From Anaeramoeba ignava BMAN (Eukaryota > Protista > Anaeramoebae), in NCBI GenBank assembly GCA_028826165.1, contig JAPDFW010000102.1, forward strand, positions 124,001 to 188,000: DNA of 64,000 nt, read 5' to 3'. Position numbers and translations under genes: made by a program. Positions 35,701-50,199 of this stretch are shown here, one piece after another. The first letter of the stretch is position 1, and every line of letters begins with the position of its first letter. Below the pieces are notes generated by a model. It was not told where the DNA came from. It saw only the letters and a program-made list of their open reading frames with translations, and did not search any database.

Positions 35701-38700
35701 AAAAAGGAAATTGTAATTTTCTTGGATTATAATTTGCAAATATGATAACAAGAGGTTTTTTTTAGCTTTTCTTTCAATTTCAATTTCATTTTCAATTTCA
35801 TTTTCATTTTGATTTTCATTTTTAATTTGATTTTCATTAAAATTTTGAATAGAGGAAAATAAAAACGAAAAACAGATTGTAATCAATTCTTGTGATTTTT
35901 TCACTGGAGTCGTTTTTGGATTCGATAAATGATTCATAATTTCATTTAATTTCGAAAGAAGAAAATCTGTTGATTCAATGTTCAATTTTGGAATTGTTGC
36001 AAGAATCAAGAAAATGATAATTTTGTAAATAATCCTTTTTTCTTTTTCTTCTTTGTTTTTGAACTGGATTCTTTTTTTGAATTGAATTTTCTTTTCTTTA
36101 AAAAATTCAAATTTTTCCAATAAAAGAATCAAGTTTTTCAGAATTTTTCCTTTTCCAAATAGATCGAATTTAACCTCCAAAATATTTCTTAAGTTTTTTT
36201 CATTATTTACACCAATTTTTTTATTTGATTTTTTGCTTTTGAGAATTTTGATAAATTGTTTTGAAACACTTGTTTGAATAATTTGATTTTGTGATTGATT
36301 CTCTGTTTTAATAATTTGGAATTTATTTCCTGATAGATTGAAAATGATTCCATTTAAAACTTTGATGAGATAAAATAAATTTTTAAAGAAATCCTCTTTT
36401 GAAATTTTAGAGTGTGGCACTGATATTGATTTGATATAATCTTGATTTTTACTGTCATATTCTTGTTTTGAATTACGATTAAGATCATCAACAATATCGT
36501 TTATTATTCTTTGAATTATTATTGATGTTGTTTCTTTTGTGGCTGAAAAATGAACAAGATAAATGGATGCAAGAAATTGTTCAAATATTTCTGGGAAATT
36601 ATAAGAAGGGTTATGAAAAGCATAAATAAATAAGAGATTGAAAATTTTGAAAATAAATTCGTTAACAGTATCTTGATTTTTTCTGGGATTATTTTTAAAA
36701 GATTCAATTTTTTCCTTTTGATTTTGATTTTGATTTTGATTTTCATTTTGATTTTCATTGTATTTAAAATTTATTAAAGAAATCAACCATTTTTGCCAAT
36801 GAAACTCTGCAAGAACATTTTCTTTATTGAAATTCCTTTCTGCTATTACAACCAATAGTTTATTGAAATGTAATATATCAACTAAATTTGGTAAATGATT
36901 ATACATATCACAAACTGTTTGCAAAATGAATGGATTTCGAACCATTGAATATTGAGATTTATCATTTCGATTTTCGTAAATTAACATTTTGAAAAGAATA
37001 TCAACAATTTCCTTTGAAATACGATTTACGTTATCAATCAATATTTTGTGAATTAAAGGATAAACATCTTCCAATTTATCAATTTCAAATTCCTTTTTCT
37101 TTTCCAAACTATGTATTATTTCTTCATTTTCATCCAAAGAAATATCAACAAAATGAATAATTTCAAGACATAATTCCATTATTTTTGTGTTTTCATATTC
37201 TTTCATTAACTGAATAAATGGATTGAATAACTTAACAGAAAATAATTGCTTCCAGTTTTGTTTTTGGTTTTTGTTGATAAATTTGTAAATAAATTCAAGT
37301 GTTCTTTCAATAAAATATTCTGTTTTGAAAATGAAACATGTTGAAATCAAAGAACGAATATATTTTTTTTTGGAAATATCGTTTTGGATCTTATCAAAAA
37401 GGATTTCAATGAGTGAAAATACATTATGTGATAATTCAGCAATTTTATTTTTGAAATTTAAATTATGATTATCGAATTTTGGTTGTTGTATTTTTGTTAA
37501 AGATTCATCATAATAATGTAGTATAACTAATAAATCAAAAATTGTAATATTATTTATATCTTCTTCTTTCGTTAATTCCATTTCTTGTATATTTTTGATA
37601 AATTCTGTTATTTCTGCATTATTTTTAATATTTTCATTATTTTCATTATTTTCATTATTTTTCATTATTTTTAATATTTTCATTATTTTCATTATTTTTA
37701 ATATTTTTATTATTTTCATTATTTTCATTATTTTCATTATTTTTAATATTTTCATCATTTTTATTATTTTCATCATTTTCATTATTTTCATTATTTTCTT
37801 CACTTTCTTTATTTATGTTTTGTTGTTGAATTTCAAATATGAAATGCTTCCAAATATTAAAATCAAAAATTAAATTATTTTTTAATTGTATTTGAAATTG
37901 TTCATTTTCAATATTTTCTTTTAATTTCTTGATAAAATCATAAATTTGACTTGAAAAATATTTTGGATTAATTGATTTGAGTAAATTGCTAAATATCGGA
38001 AATAATTGTTTTTGAATCATTTCTTCTTGAAAATTTGGATCATTTAATAAAATATCTCGAATTATTTTCAATATCTCTTCAAAAAGTGATTTTGGATTGA
38101 TTTCATTCACATTTGTTGTGGATATCTCTTGTTTTGTATCTGATGAATTTTCATTTACATTTTCATTTACATTTTCATTACTTAATAACTGTAATTTATT
38201 CATTTCCATCTTTTTAACATCAAATAATTCATCAATTTGAAGAATCAAATAAAAAAAGGAACGAATTCCTCCTAAACAATGAATAATATCTTGGAAATTA
38301 GTTTTTGTGAATGAATAAATCTTATTTATTTTTGAATTTCCTTTGACAATATTTGACGGACTTTGATTCAAACAGAAATTGTTTTTTGTTTCTTTTGGAT
38401 TATGATAAATGATTGTTTTTTGACTTAGTTTCCCATTGAAATTTTCCTTTAATTCTTTTTCAAATTTTGGATTGGAATATTCAAAAATTTCATTTTGATA
38501 GAAAAATGATTTATAATTAGGACCAAGAAAATGAATTGCTTTGACTTGATTTTCATTGAGAAACTCTTGGAAAAAATAAATTGTTCCAATTTGTCCAAAA
38601 AATGATTTTTGATTTTCTTGGTTTGAAAATGTAAAATTTGAACCAATTTCATTTTGAATAAAAGGTTGTTTAGTATTTCCAATTTTTTTCGTCAATTTGA

Positions 38701-41700
38701 TGATTTTTGATGATTGTTGTTTTTCACCAAGATAAATACAAACTTCCAATTCTGAATTTAATCTTTTGTATTTTTGTGTGAAAACGAAAAAAGTCCATTT
38801 CTTAGTTTCAATTTCAAAGGGAAATTTTGTTTCAATTAATTCGTTTTCTTGACTTAAATAAATTTTATAAAGAAAAGATTCTGGTTGTTTTGTTTCTTTG
38901 TTAAATTCCAAAAGTAATTCAATCCCCTTTGAATCGTCTGTTAAAAAACTTAGTATTTGTGTTTTATAGATTTTTTCAATATTTTCATTTTCAATATTTT
39001 CTTTTAATGGAGAAAAAATATTTTGAAAATCTTCAAATCTGATCCAAGTAAAAAAACTGAATTTTTTGGAAATTAAAGAGTTTCTGAAAGTTGGAAGTTG
39101 AACATTTGAGTTTTGCTCGTAAAAATCAAAGAAATTAATTGGATTTTCTTCTTGCTGTTGATTTTTGTTGATCATTTTTCTTAATTCAATCAACATTAAA
39201 TTGGCGTATTGATTACTTTTTATACTTCTTTTCAATTCATCTTTCAAAAAGGAAAAATATTGTTTCATTTCTGAAACCAGAATTTTATGTGCTCCAAGTT
39301 TTCCAAAAAATTGGATAATTTGTTCAAATAATTGTACATTTTTGATATTTGGAATTAATTCAAGTAAAAATGAAACAATATCTTTTTCACAACAACAATA
39401 AATATTATGAATTGATTTTGCACATATTTTGTTAAAAGTTTCCAAAACTTGAATCAAAGAAAATTTTTCATTTTGATTTTCAAATTTTGATTTTCATTTT
39501 GATTTTCATTTTGATTTTCATTTTCATTTTGATTCAAATTTTGATTAAAATCTTGTTTCAATTTTTGAGAATAAAGTTCCAAAATTATAGTTATCATATT
39601 TGTATCTCTTATAATAAAATTATTTTCTATCGAAAATTTTCCATTTCCAATCATTAAATCCAAAAGAATTTCAAATAATTTTTTTGTTGGTTTTTCTTTT
39701 TCTGTTTCATAAAGTAGCTCAATAAATTCTGACACTGAAATTAAATTATAAAATTCATATATCATTTTTTCATTGTTTCTTATGATTTCTTTAAGCATTG
39801 ATAAAACAAGATATGTAGATTTTTGTTCTTTATCATTCAACAATGTTTTGAAAACTAATAATAGATTTGTACTTAAAATAATTTCCTGAATGACAATTCT
39901 ATTTTTCGAAATGGATTTGGAACATTTTGAAAAAAGTTTTTCGAGATGTTTAAATTCAATTTCATCTGATTTTTCTTTTTGGATTTTTGAATTGATTTCT
40001 TGATATAAAAAAAGAATTTTTTGAAATAAATAGGAAATGAATTGTTTTTCTTTTTCTCCATTTTTGTTTGTAGTTTTTTCAAGAATCTTTGAGATGTATA
40101 TCAATGAAATTTTTTGAGTGATTTTGTGTGGAAATAAATCAATTAAAGTGTTAATAATTTCTTCATTTTGGAAAATAAGCTCAGTATTTGCATTTTCAAA
40201 AGTTGATTCCAAAATTTTTATGCATAAATTAATTGCTTCATTTTCCATTTCATTTTGTTTTTGGTTTTTTTCAAGTATTTGAACCAAAATTTCTTGGATT
40301 TGTTTGAATCCTTCATTTTTAATGATTTTGTTAGTTGAAATTTGAGGTTTTATTTTGATAATTTCAATTATCATTTCTAAAAATCGATTTAACAAAAATG
40401 AGTTTGATTTGATTTTTTGATTTTTCAAAACTTGATTAAACAAGAATTTATAATCAAAATCATCTTGATATATTGAGAGAATATTAAGAAGTAAATCAAT
40501 TAATAATGTTTGTAAATTTGTATTTGCTTCATTTAATTTGATTTTTTCATTTTCTTGAATCTAAAATCAAAAAAATTAAAAATAAAAATTTGAATGAAAA
40601 TTTGAATGACTTTTTTTTTCTTACATTTAAATTGTTGAAATTATTTCTGATAAAATAATCAGAAAAACAAATTTCCCATCCTCCATTTTTTTGGAAAAAT
40701 TTAAGAGATTCTTGATTGTTTTCATTTTCGTTTTCATTTTCATTTCCATTTTCATTTCCAATTTGAATTTGATGAATAATAATTTTCTTGAATTCAAATA
40801 AAATGTACATTTGAAGTTCAGGATAAATATATTTAATATATTGTTGAATTTCAATAATTTTCTCATTTGACAAATTATGCATTAAAGATGAATTTGAAGA
40901 TTCTTCAGTTTTGAATAAATCAAGATATGTTAAGATTAGCCTTTCTTTGAAAGAATTGACTTTTGTTTTGGTTTGATTTGTAAATTTATCCAATTCATTT
41001 TTGATGGTTTCTTTTGATGAATCATTTGGATTTGAATTTGAATTTTCAATCATTTGTAGATTTCTGAGATTATTAAAAAGAATATCCAAATAAGGATTGT
41101 ATAAATTGATTTCTGAGACTTTTTTTGGTTGAATATTTTCCAATTTATTTTCCAATTTATTTTCCAATTTATTTTCCAATTTATTTTCCAATTTATTTTC
41201 CAATTTATTTTCCAATTTATTTTTCAATTTATTTTCCAATTTATTTTCCAATTTATTTTCTTGTTGTTCTTGTTCTTGTTCTTTAATTTCCATGATCAAC
41301 TCCTCCAAATTTTTGGAAAATTTTGGTTTAAAAGCATAAGAAATCCAAAGAATAAAATCTCCAAGATATAAAATATTGTTATTATTTGAAATTTGTTCAA
41401 TGATATTCTCTTCTTTAATCATTTTGGGGATGAATTGGAAAACATTTGAACGAAAATCAAACTCCAAATGAGTTAAATTGCCTTTAACGTTTTTGAAATT
41501 TTGAGAAATGAAAGGATTTTCTTCTCTTGAAATTTTTGGATCAAAGATGAAAAAATTTGTTTGGAAAAAATCTTCAATATTTTCATGTGTTTGATTTGCA
41601 AATCCAATATTTGGAAGATCTGGTGATAAATTTGGAGACTGGAAAAATGTTAAAAGAGATGTAATTAATTCAATTTTTTGTTTTTCTGTTAATAGATTTA

Positions 41701-42774
41701 ATTCATAAAAATTTTCAAAATTTTGAAGAAATTTTAATTTAATATCAATTTGTTTTTCTGAAAAAATGAATGATTTTCTGAGATTTAAATTTGTTTGGAA
41801 ACATTCTATTATTATTATTATTATTTTTTTTTTTATAAAATTAGATTAAAAATTAAAAATTTTTCAATTAAAAATTTACGAATTATTGATGGAATTATTT
41901 TTGATTTTTTAGTTGATTCTAGAATTTCTTGATTTGGAAAAACTTGTCTTTCTCTTAAAAATTGATTTAAAATTTCCATAGTTTCTGAAAGAATAAATTG
42001 TATTTCAATTAAATAATAAATTGAGAGTGAAGAATTTGATTTCTTTTGTTTTCAAAAAAAAAGAAGAAAAATTTGATTAATAAAATGTATTTTTTTTCAA
42101 TATTTTTTTTTACTCTTAAATTCTCCATTAATTTAAAAAGATTTTTTATAATTTCTAATAAATCTTGAATAATTTGTAAAATTCCATTTTCAAATAAAAC
42201 TTGACGATTAAATTTTGATTTTGAAAGAATTGAAATGATTGATAAAGAAATTAAACATTTATGAGCTTGAATATTTTCATTTTGATTTTGATTTTGATTT
42301 TGATTTTGAATATTTTCTATTTTTTTTGAAAAAAAAAACCATTAAAATAATTATAATTAAAATTATAAATAATATCAACCTTTTATAAAATCTTTTGAAT
42401 AAATTAATAAACTAATAATAAAAAGTATAAATTTTATTGGATGAGCTTCTTTTTGAAGAATTGCTTCATTAATTTCTTCAATTTCAAAAGATTTTTCAAA
42501 TTGTTTTTCTTTTATTTTTCGATTTGCTTTTGTTCTTAAAGGATTCCATTTTTGAAAAGAATTTTGGAATAAGATATAAAATTCAATAATTTTTTCGTTA
42601 ATCTAAAAACAATTTTTTTAATTTAAAATTTGAATAAGAAAAAAAATTATAAAAAATTTTTGTTACTTCAGTTAAATGTTTTGATTTAATTTCTTTCCAA
42701 ATGGTAAAAAGTTCATTTCCGTTTGGAAAATTTATAAAGAATTCTTTTTCTTTTTGTTCTTCAATTTGATCCAT
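32752..42774 (-). CDS. Large BEACH-domain protein (neurobeachin/LYST-like: ARM-like, ConA-like, PH, BEACH, WD40); several short 5' introns, frameshifts near 39485 and 37660
   Basis: BEACH: [88 protein letters not shown]. C-terminal WD40 repeats. ConA-like FSFFTWIRFE and SFFGQIG. ATG 42774 is followed by GT-AG introns. Confidence 0.9.
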
Positions 42775-42871
42775 TTAAAAAATTAAATTAAAAAAAAAAA
42801 ACGAAAAAAAAAAATGAAAATTAAATTTTCAAATTAAAATTAAGAATGAAATTAAAAAATTTAAAAATAAT

Positions 42872-45695
42872 AAATCAAAGTAATTAAAAAACTAAATAAA
42901 AAATTAAATCAAAATATTAATAAATAAAATATAAATATTTTTAAATTAAAAAATAACAAATTAATAATAAATTCATTAATAAATTCATTAATAATTAATA
43001 TTTTTAAATTAATAATAAATCAAAACAATTAAAAACTAAATAAAAATTAAATCAAAAAATATTAATAAATAAAAATAAATATTTTTAAATTAAAAATAAC
43101 AAATTAATAATAGATTTATTAATAAATTCATTAATAAATAATATTTCTAAATTAATTATAAATCAAAACAATTAAAAACTAAATAAAAATTAAATCAAAA
43201 TATTAATAAATAAAAATAAATATTTTTAAATTAAAAATAACAAATTAATAATAGATTTATTAATAAATTCATTAATAAATAATATTTTTAAATTAATTAT
43301 AAATCAAAACAATTAAAAACTAAATAAAAATTAAATCAAAAATATTAATAAATAAAAATAAATATTTTTAAATTAAAAATAATAAAATAATAATAGGTTT
43401 AGGTTTAAATTCAATTAATAATTAATATTTTTAAATAAATAATAAATCAAAACAATTAAAAAATTAAATAAAAATTAAATTAAAATATTAATAAATAAAA
43501 TATAAATATTTTTAAATTAAAAATAATAAATTAATAACAAATTTATTAATAAATTCATTAATAAATAATATTTTTAAATTAATAATAAATCAAAACAAAT
43601 AAAAACTAAATAAAAAATTAAATCAAAAATATTAATAAATAAAATATAAATATTTTTAAATTAAAAAAATAATAAAATAATAACAAATTTATTAATAAAT
43701 TCATTAATAATTAATATTTTTAAATAAATAATAAATCAAAAATAATTAAAAATTAAATAAAAATTAAATCAAAATATTAATAAATAAAATGTAAATATTT
43801 TTAAATTAAAAATAATAAATTTATTAATAAATTAATTAATAAATTCATTAATAAATTATATTTTTAAATAAATATTAAATCAAAACAATTAAAAATTAAA
43901 TAAAAAATTAAATCAAAAATATTAATAAATAAAATATAAATATTTTTAAATTAAAAATAATAAAATAATAATAAATTAATTGATAAATTCATTAATAATT
44001 TATATTTTTAAATAAATAATAAATCAAAATAATTAAAAATTAAATAAAAAATTAAATTAAAAATATTAATAAATAAAATATAAATATTTTTAAATTAAAA
44101 ATAATAAAATAATAACAAATTTATTAATAAATTAATTAATAATTTATATTTTTAAATAAATAATAAATCAAAATAATTAAAAATTAAATAAAAAAATTAA
44201 ATCAAAATATTAATAAATAAAATATAAATATTTTTAAATTAAAAATAATAAATTAATAATAGATTTATTAATAAATTCATTAATAATTTATATTTTTAAA
44301 TTAAATAATAAATCAAAATAATTAAAAACTAAATAAAAATTAAATCAAAATATTAATAAATAAAATATAAATATTTTTAAATTAAAAATAATAAAGATAA
44401 TAATAAATTTATTAATAAATTCATTAATAATTAATATTTTTAAATTAATAATAAATCAAAATAATTAAAAATTAAATAAAAATTAAATTAAAATATTAAT
44501 AAATAAAATATAAATATTTTTAAATTAAAAATAATAAATTAATAATAAATTAATTAATAAATTCATTAATAATTAATATTTTTAAATTAATAATAAATAA
44601 ATCAAAATAATTAAAAAAAAATAAAAATAAAAATTAAAATATTAATAAATAAAATCTAAATATTTTTAAATTAAAAAATAATAAATTAATAATAAATTTA
44701 TTAATAAATTCATTAATAAATAATATTTTTAAATAAATAATAAATCAAAATAATTAAAAATTAAATAAAAATTAAATTAAAATATTAATAAATAAAATAT
44801 AAATATTTTTAAATTAAAAATAACAAAATAATAATAAATTCATTAATAAATTCATTAATAATTAATATTTTTAAATTAATAATAAATCAAAACAATTAAA
44901 AAATTAAATAAAAAATTAAATCAAAATATTAATAAATAAAATATAAATATTTTTAAATTAAAAAATAATAAAATAATAATAAATTTATTAATAAATTCAT
45001 TAATAAATTATATTTCTAAATAAATAATAAATCAAAATAATTAAAAACTAAATAAAAATTAAATCAAAATATTAATAAATAAAATATAAATATTTTTAAA
45101 TTAAAAAAATAATAAAATAATAATAGATTTATTAATAAATTTATTAATAATTAATATTTTTAAATAAATTATAAATCAAAATAATTAAAAATTAAATTAA
45201 AAATTAAAAATAAAAATTAAAATTTTTAAATTAAAAATAACAAAATAATAATAAATTTATTAATAAATTCATTAATAATTTATATTTCTAAATAAATAAT
45301 AAATCAAAACAATTAAAAACTAAATAAAAATTAAAAATTAATAAATAAAATATAAATATTTTTAAATTAAAAATAATAAATTAATAACAAATTCATTAAT
45401 AAATTCATTAATAAATTAATATTTTTAAATTAATAATAAATCAAAATAATTAAAAAATTAAATAAAAAATTAAATTAAAATATTAATAAATAAAATATAA
45501 ATATTTTTAAATTAAAAAATAATAAATTAATAACAAATTTATTAATAAATTCATTAATAAATAATATTTTTAAATTAATAATAAATCAAAACAATTAAAA
45601 AATTAAATAAAAAATTAAATCTAAAATATTAATAAATAAAATCTAAATATTTTTAAATTAAAAAATAATAAAATAATAATAAATTAATTAATAAA
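42872..45695. repeat. Intergenic satellite, about 20 copies of a ~143-bp unit
   Basis: Anchor aaatcaaaac(a)att recurs at 43017, 43160, 43301, 43444, 43587 and onward to 45583. Almost no G on the + strand. Confidence 0.95.
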
Positions 45696-45784
45696 ATTAA
45701 ATTAATTTTTGTTTCTTATTTATTTAATTGATTGAAAATAAAAGAAGATGATTGAATTTTGAAAAGTAATTAAGAAGAAAGTTT

Positions 45785-47197
45785 TTAAATGAAAAAAGTT
45801 TCAACTTCATCAACAATCCATGATTTATAAGAACCAGCTAAATAATTTTCAGCTCTTTCTGTTCCTTGTGAAATTCCTTGAGGTAATATATAACTCCAAC
45901 CAAAATTTGAATAACCAGGTTGTAAATTAGAATTTAAGGAAAAATCAAAACCTCCTCCAAAAATTGGACCTCTATCTGAATATCTATTATCAATTGCTTT
46001 TTTTTCTTGTCCTTCTTGAATTGGAAATTTACTTGGTTCTCTATCATTCTTATCATTTCTTAATGAGAAAATAAATGCATTTGAATCACTAATCCAATTT
46101 TGATTTCTTTTGATCCATCCAATTGAAGTAAATCCTCCAAAAATAAAATTATCTTTTGTTTTAATAATAACTAATGTTTTTCCTTTATCATCACAAATTA
46201 AATGCCATTTTTTAGCATCAAATCCATCTCTTTTGGCTGAATATCCTTTTTTCATTTTGGAAAAGAATTCATCATCATTTATCCATTCTTTTAATTTATT
46301 GAAAAGTTGCTTTTCTTTCACGATTTCTGAATCAAATTGAAATCTTGGTTTGAAAATTAATGAATTTTCTTTTTCAATAAATTGATTTAGTTTTTTTTCA
46401 TCTTGAAGTTTTTGGAATTGAATTAATTTTTGTGAAATTTGATTAGGAATTAAATCTTCTTTCAAAGTGTCTTCCAATTCTTTTTTTGAGAAATCAATAA
46501 ATCTGATTTTATCAATAAGATTTGAAATTTGATTTTGTAATTTTTCTTTTTCTTCTTTTTCTTGATTAATATTTAATTTATGTTTTCCCCATTTGATTAT
46601 TGATTGGAAAATTTCAAATTCATCTGTTGGAATATCATTATTTAATAGTATTGAATTTAAATGATTTTCTTCAAGTTCAAGAAAAAATGAAGTTTTAATA
46701 AATTTATCAAAATTATCCAAAATAAATTGATAAGAAGAATCTATTAATTGATTAAAGTTCATTGATTCAGATAATTTAAGAATATCAATAACAGTTTCAA
46801 TTTGTAAATTGTTTTTGATAAATTTTGAACAAGTTTCAATTAATTCATCAATTAAATATTTTGATGAAAAAAATAAAATTTGAATTGCATTTTCTAAATT
46901 AATTTCAATTTTTCCTGAATAAAAATAATTCAAAATTGGAGATAGAATTGAACTTGAAACATCTTTTAGAATTAATTTATTTTCTTGAACTTCTTTCATT
47001 TTAGATTTAAAATATTGACTTCTTGAAGAAAGAATTGATTTATGAGTTTTAAATGAAGTTTGATTTTGTTCACAAATTATTTCAAAATCAAAATAACTTT
47101 CTTCTTGATTTTGATTTTGATTTTGATTTTGATTTTGATTTTGAAATAAATTTTTTAAATCATTTGAAAGTTTTTGTAAATTTGAATAATTTTCCAT
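45785..47197 (-). CDS. BTB/POZ-BACK-TLDc domain protein, intronless
   Basis: BTB: DFEIIC..FKTHKSILSSRSQYF..ILNYFYSGKI. BACK: EFEIFQSIIKWG, IRFIDFS. TLDc: YSAKRDGF...CDDKGKTLVIIKT...IFGGFT..W...DSNAFIFSL...GPIFGG...VDEVETF. Confidence 0.95.
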   Translation of the reverse strand: MENYSNLQKLSNDLKNLFQNQNQNQNQNQNQEESYFDFEIICEQNQTSFKTHKSILSSRSQYFKSKMKEVQENKLILKDVSSSILSPILNYFYSGKIEINLENAIQILFFSSKYLIDELIETCSKFIKNNLQIETVIDILKLSESMNFNQLIDSSYQFILDNFDKFIKTSFFLELEENHLNSILLNNDIPTDEFEIFQSIIKWGKHKLNINQEKEEKEKLQNQISNLIDKIRFIDFSKKELEDTLKEDLIPNQISQKLIQFQKLQDEKKLNQFIEKENSLIFKPRFQFDSEIVKEKQLFNKLKEWINDDEFFSKMKKGYSAKRDGFDAKKWHLICDDKGKTLVIIKTKDNFIFGGFTSIGWIKRNQNWISDSNAFIFSLRNDKNDREPSKFPIQEGQEKKAIDNRYSDRGPIFGGGFDFSLNSNLQPGYSNFGWSYILPQGISQGTERAENYLAGSYKSWIVDEVETFFI

Positions 47198-47298
47198 TTT
47201 ATTTAAAAATTTTGAAAAAGAAAAAAATGAAAACAAAAAAAACAAAAAAAAAACAAAAATTTTTTTTGAAATTGAAACAAAAAGGAAAAAGTAATTTT

Positions 47299-49662
47299 TT
47301 AAAGAGTTGTTTTTGAATGAGAATCAATAACAGTTTTTGTAATTGATTTCTAAATAAAAATTAAAAATAAAAAAAGAAAATTAAAATTTTAAATTAAAAT
47401 TTAAATTTAAATCAAACTTACAAAGAAATTTTTGATATTATTTGTATCAGTAGCGCAAGTAAATTGACTAATAATTTTTCTATTTGATTTTGATTTTGAT
47501 TTTGATTTTGATTTTGATTTTCCAACTGATTCAAATTTTTTTTTAATAAATTCAGAAGCTTTATCATAATTTAAACCACCATTATAATCTTTCCAACAAA
47601 TTGAGAGATCAACTTGTTTAATTTTTTCTTCAAAAAGATCTCTTTTATTAAATAATAAAATGCAATTTTTATTCTTAAAAGTTGGATTATTAACAGTTTT
47701 TTCAAATAAAGCAAGTGATTCTCTCATTCTATTAACTGATTCATCTTCATAAAGTTTTTGATCAAATTCGCTTAAAGCAACAACATAGATTAAAACAGTA
47801 ACATTATCAAATTGGTGAATCCATTTTCTTCTTTCAGATCTTTGACCACCAACATCAACAATTCTAAAATTAATTTTTATTTTAATTTTAATTTTAATTT
47901 TAATTTTAATTTTAAATTTTAATTTTATTTTTAATTTTATCCGATTTTGATTTTATTTTTAATTTTGATTTTGATTTTGATTTTTAATTTTAATTTTAAT
48001 TTTAATTGTAATTTTAATTTTAATTTTAATTTTGATTTTAATTTTGATTTTAATTTTTAATTTTAATTTTAATTTTAATCCGATTTTATTTTTAATTTTA
48101 ATTTTAATTTTAAATTTTAATTTTAATTTTAATTTTGATTTTTAATTTTAATTTTAATTTTAATTTTAATTTTAATTTTAATTTTAATTTTAATTTTAAT
48201 TTTAATTTTAATTTTAATTTTAATTTTAATTTTAAATTTTAATTTTGATTTTGAATTTTAATTTTAATTTTAATTTTAATTTTGATTTTAATTTTGAATT
48301 TTAAATTTTAATTTTTGATTTTAATTTTAAATTTTAATTTTGATTTTAATTTTTAAATTTTAATTTTGATTTTAATTTTAATTTTAATTTTATTTTTAAT
48401 TTTAATTTTAATTTTAATTTTAATTTTAATTTAATTTTAATTTTAATTTGATTTTAATTTTGATTTTGATTTTGATTTTGATTTTAATTTTAATTTACTT
48501 CCAAGGATATCCTTCTAAATCAAATGATAAAACTTTTACTCCTGTTGTTGGAATTCTACATCTAAGAATATCTTCTTGTGATGGAAGATAATCAACTTTC
48601 ATAATTTCATCAATTCTATCCAAAAAACTAATTTAAATAATTAAATTAAATAATTAAATTAAATAATTAAATTTTTCATTATAAATTTACTATGAAGATG
48701 AATCGGGAATTTGAAAATCGGATCTTTTTTCAAATGCTTTTTTTAATCCTGGATCTTTCCATAATTTTTTAATATCATCAACAACATCATCAGGAATTTC
48801 ACCTTTACTTACAGAAGGAAGATCTAAAAACTCTTCAGCAATTATCTAATTTTTAAATTTTGAATTTAATTTTGAATTTAATTTTAATTTTAATTTTAAT
48901 TTTAAATTTAATTTTAATTTTAAATTTTGATTTTAATTTTAATTTTGATTTTAATTTGATTTTGATTTTGATTTTAATTTTGATTTATTTTAATTTTAAT
49001 AGAAATTTACTTGATTTTCTTTTAAAAGTGAAATGTTTAATTCTTCTGCTGCTCTAATTAATGCTTTCATATGAAAAACCAAATTAGCACGAATAACTTG
49101 CTTATGAGCTTTTTGATCATCTTCATTAAATCCTTCTTTAAAAAGAATTTGAATTTGTTTAACAAAAGTACTCTTTCCAGAATCACCAGTTCCTTTTTAA
49201 TTTTAAATTTAATTTTAAATTTTAATTTTAATTTTGATTTTAATTTTGATTTTAATTTTAATTTTAATTTTGATTTTAATTTTAATTTTGATTTTAATTT
49301 TAATTTTGATTTTGATTTTAATTTTAATTAAGATCGTAATAAGATTTTAATTAAGATCGTAATTAGATTTTAATTTTATTTAAGATCGTAATTAGATTTG
49401 AATTGTGATTTTATTCTTAATTATATTCTTAATTGTATTCTTAATTATTCTTAATTATATTCTTAATTATATTCTTAATTATTCAATTTTAAATAAAAAA
49501 AAGGGGTTTAAAAATTTTTTTTTCTTCTAAAATACCTGTTAAAAGCAATTTAATTTCTTTCTCTTCTTGTAATTGATCTTGTTGAAGTTGTTCTTCAATA
49601 ATCGCATTTTTCTTTTTTTCAAGTTTTCTTAATTTCTTTGTTCTTGAAGATTTTATCCCCAT
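47299..49662 (-). CDS. Heterotrimeric G-protein alpha subunit (6 exons)
   Basis: Spliced: MGIKSS.. KLLLTG|TGDSGKST, DILRCRIPTTG, DVGGQRSERRKW, LFNKRD, TCATDT. N-terminal Gly2/Ser6 myristoylation pattern. Confidence 0.95.
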
Positions 49663-50199
49663 TTTAATTTAAAATCAAAAATAAAAAATAATAAAAAATA
49701 AAAATAAAAAAATGTAATTTAATAACAAAGAGTTTGTGTTTTTAAAGTAAAATAAAAAAATGAAAGAAATTTTTATTTTATTTTTTATTTTTTTTTAATT
49801 TTTTTTTAATTAAAATTTTTTTTACACGTTTCAATAAATTTTTAAATGTAGATCTTTAAAAGAAAAATTTTTTAATTAAATTTTTTTTTTGTTTTTTTGT
49901 TTTAAGAGGGATTCTTGAATCATAGTTTTATTTTAATTTATTTTAATAAAGAAAAATTAAATCAAATAAATTAAAATCTCTTTAAAAAAATTAAAATTAA
50001 ATCAAAAAGGCGAAAGAAAGGGGGTGAAAAAAATTCTAATTCAGATCTTCATTCCAAAATTCACTTATTGAAATCTTTTTAAAAAAAAAAGAAAAAAAGA
50101 ATAATTTAAATGTGATCTAATTGAAAGCAAATAAAGCAACAATTAAATAATAATTAAAAGCAAAAATCAAATCAAAAATTAAAGCAAAAATTAAAGCAA

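Noticed and set aside
2021-39485. Multiple single-base frameshifts (eIF4A ~2021, SLX9 ~7530, BAG6, DHHC ~22095, EDC4 ~23456/23598, BEACH ~37660/39485) as programmed frameshifting, RNA editing or mass pseudogenisation
   Set aside because: Most lie in homopolymers or repeats, share no slippery-site or stop motif, and hit otherwise intact genes. Residual long-read indels are the simplest explanation.
43394-43408. TAGGTTTAGGTTTA telomere-like word inside the satellite
   Set aside because: Only two units, and not a canonical telomeric repeat.
42872-45695. CRISPR array or transposon interpretation of the long tandem repeat
   Set aside because: No unique spacers, cas genes, terminal repeats or transposase. 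The context is eukaryotic.
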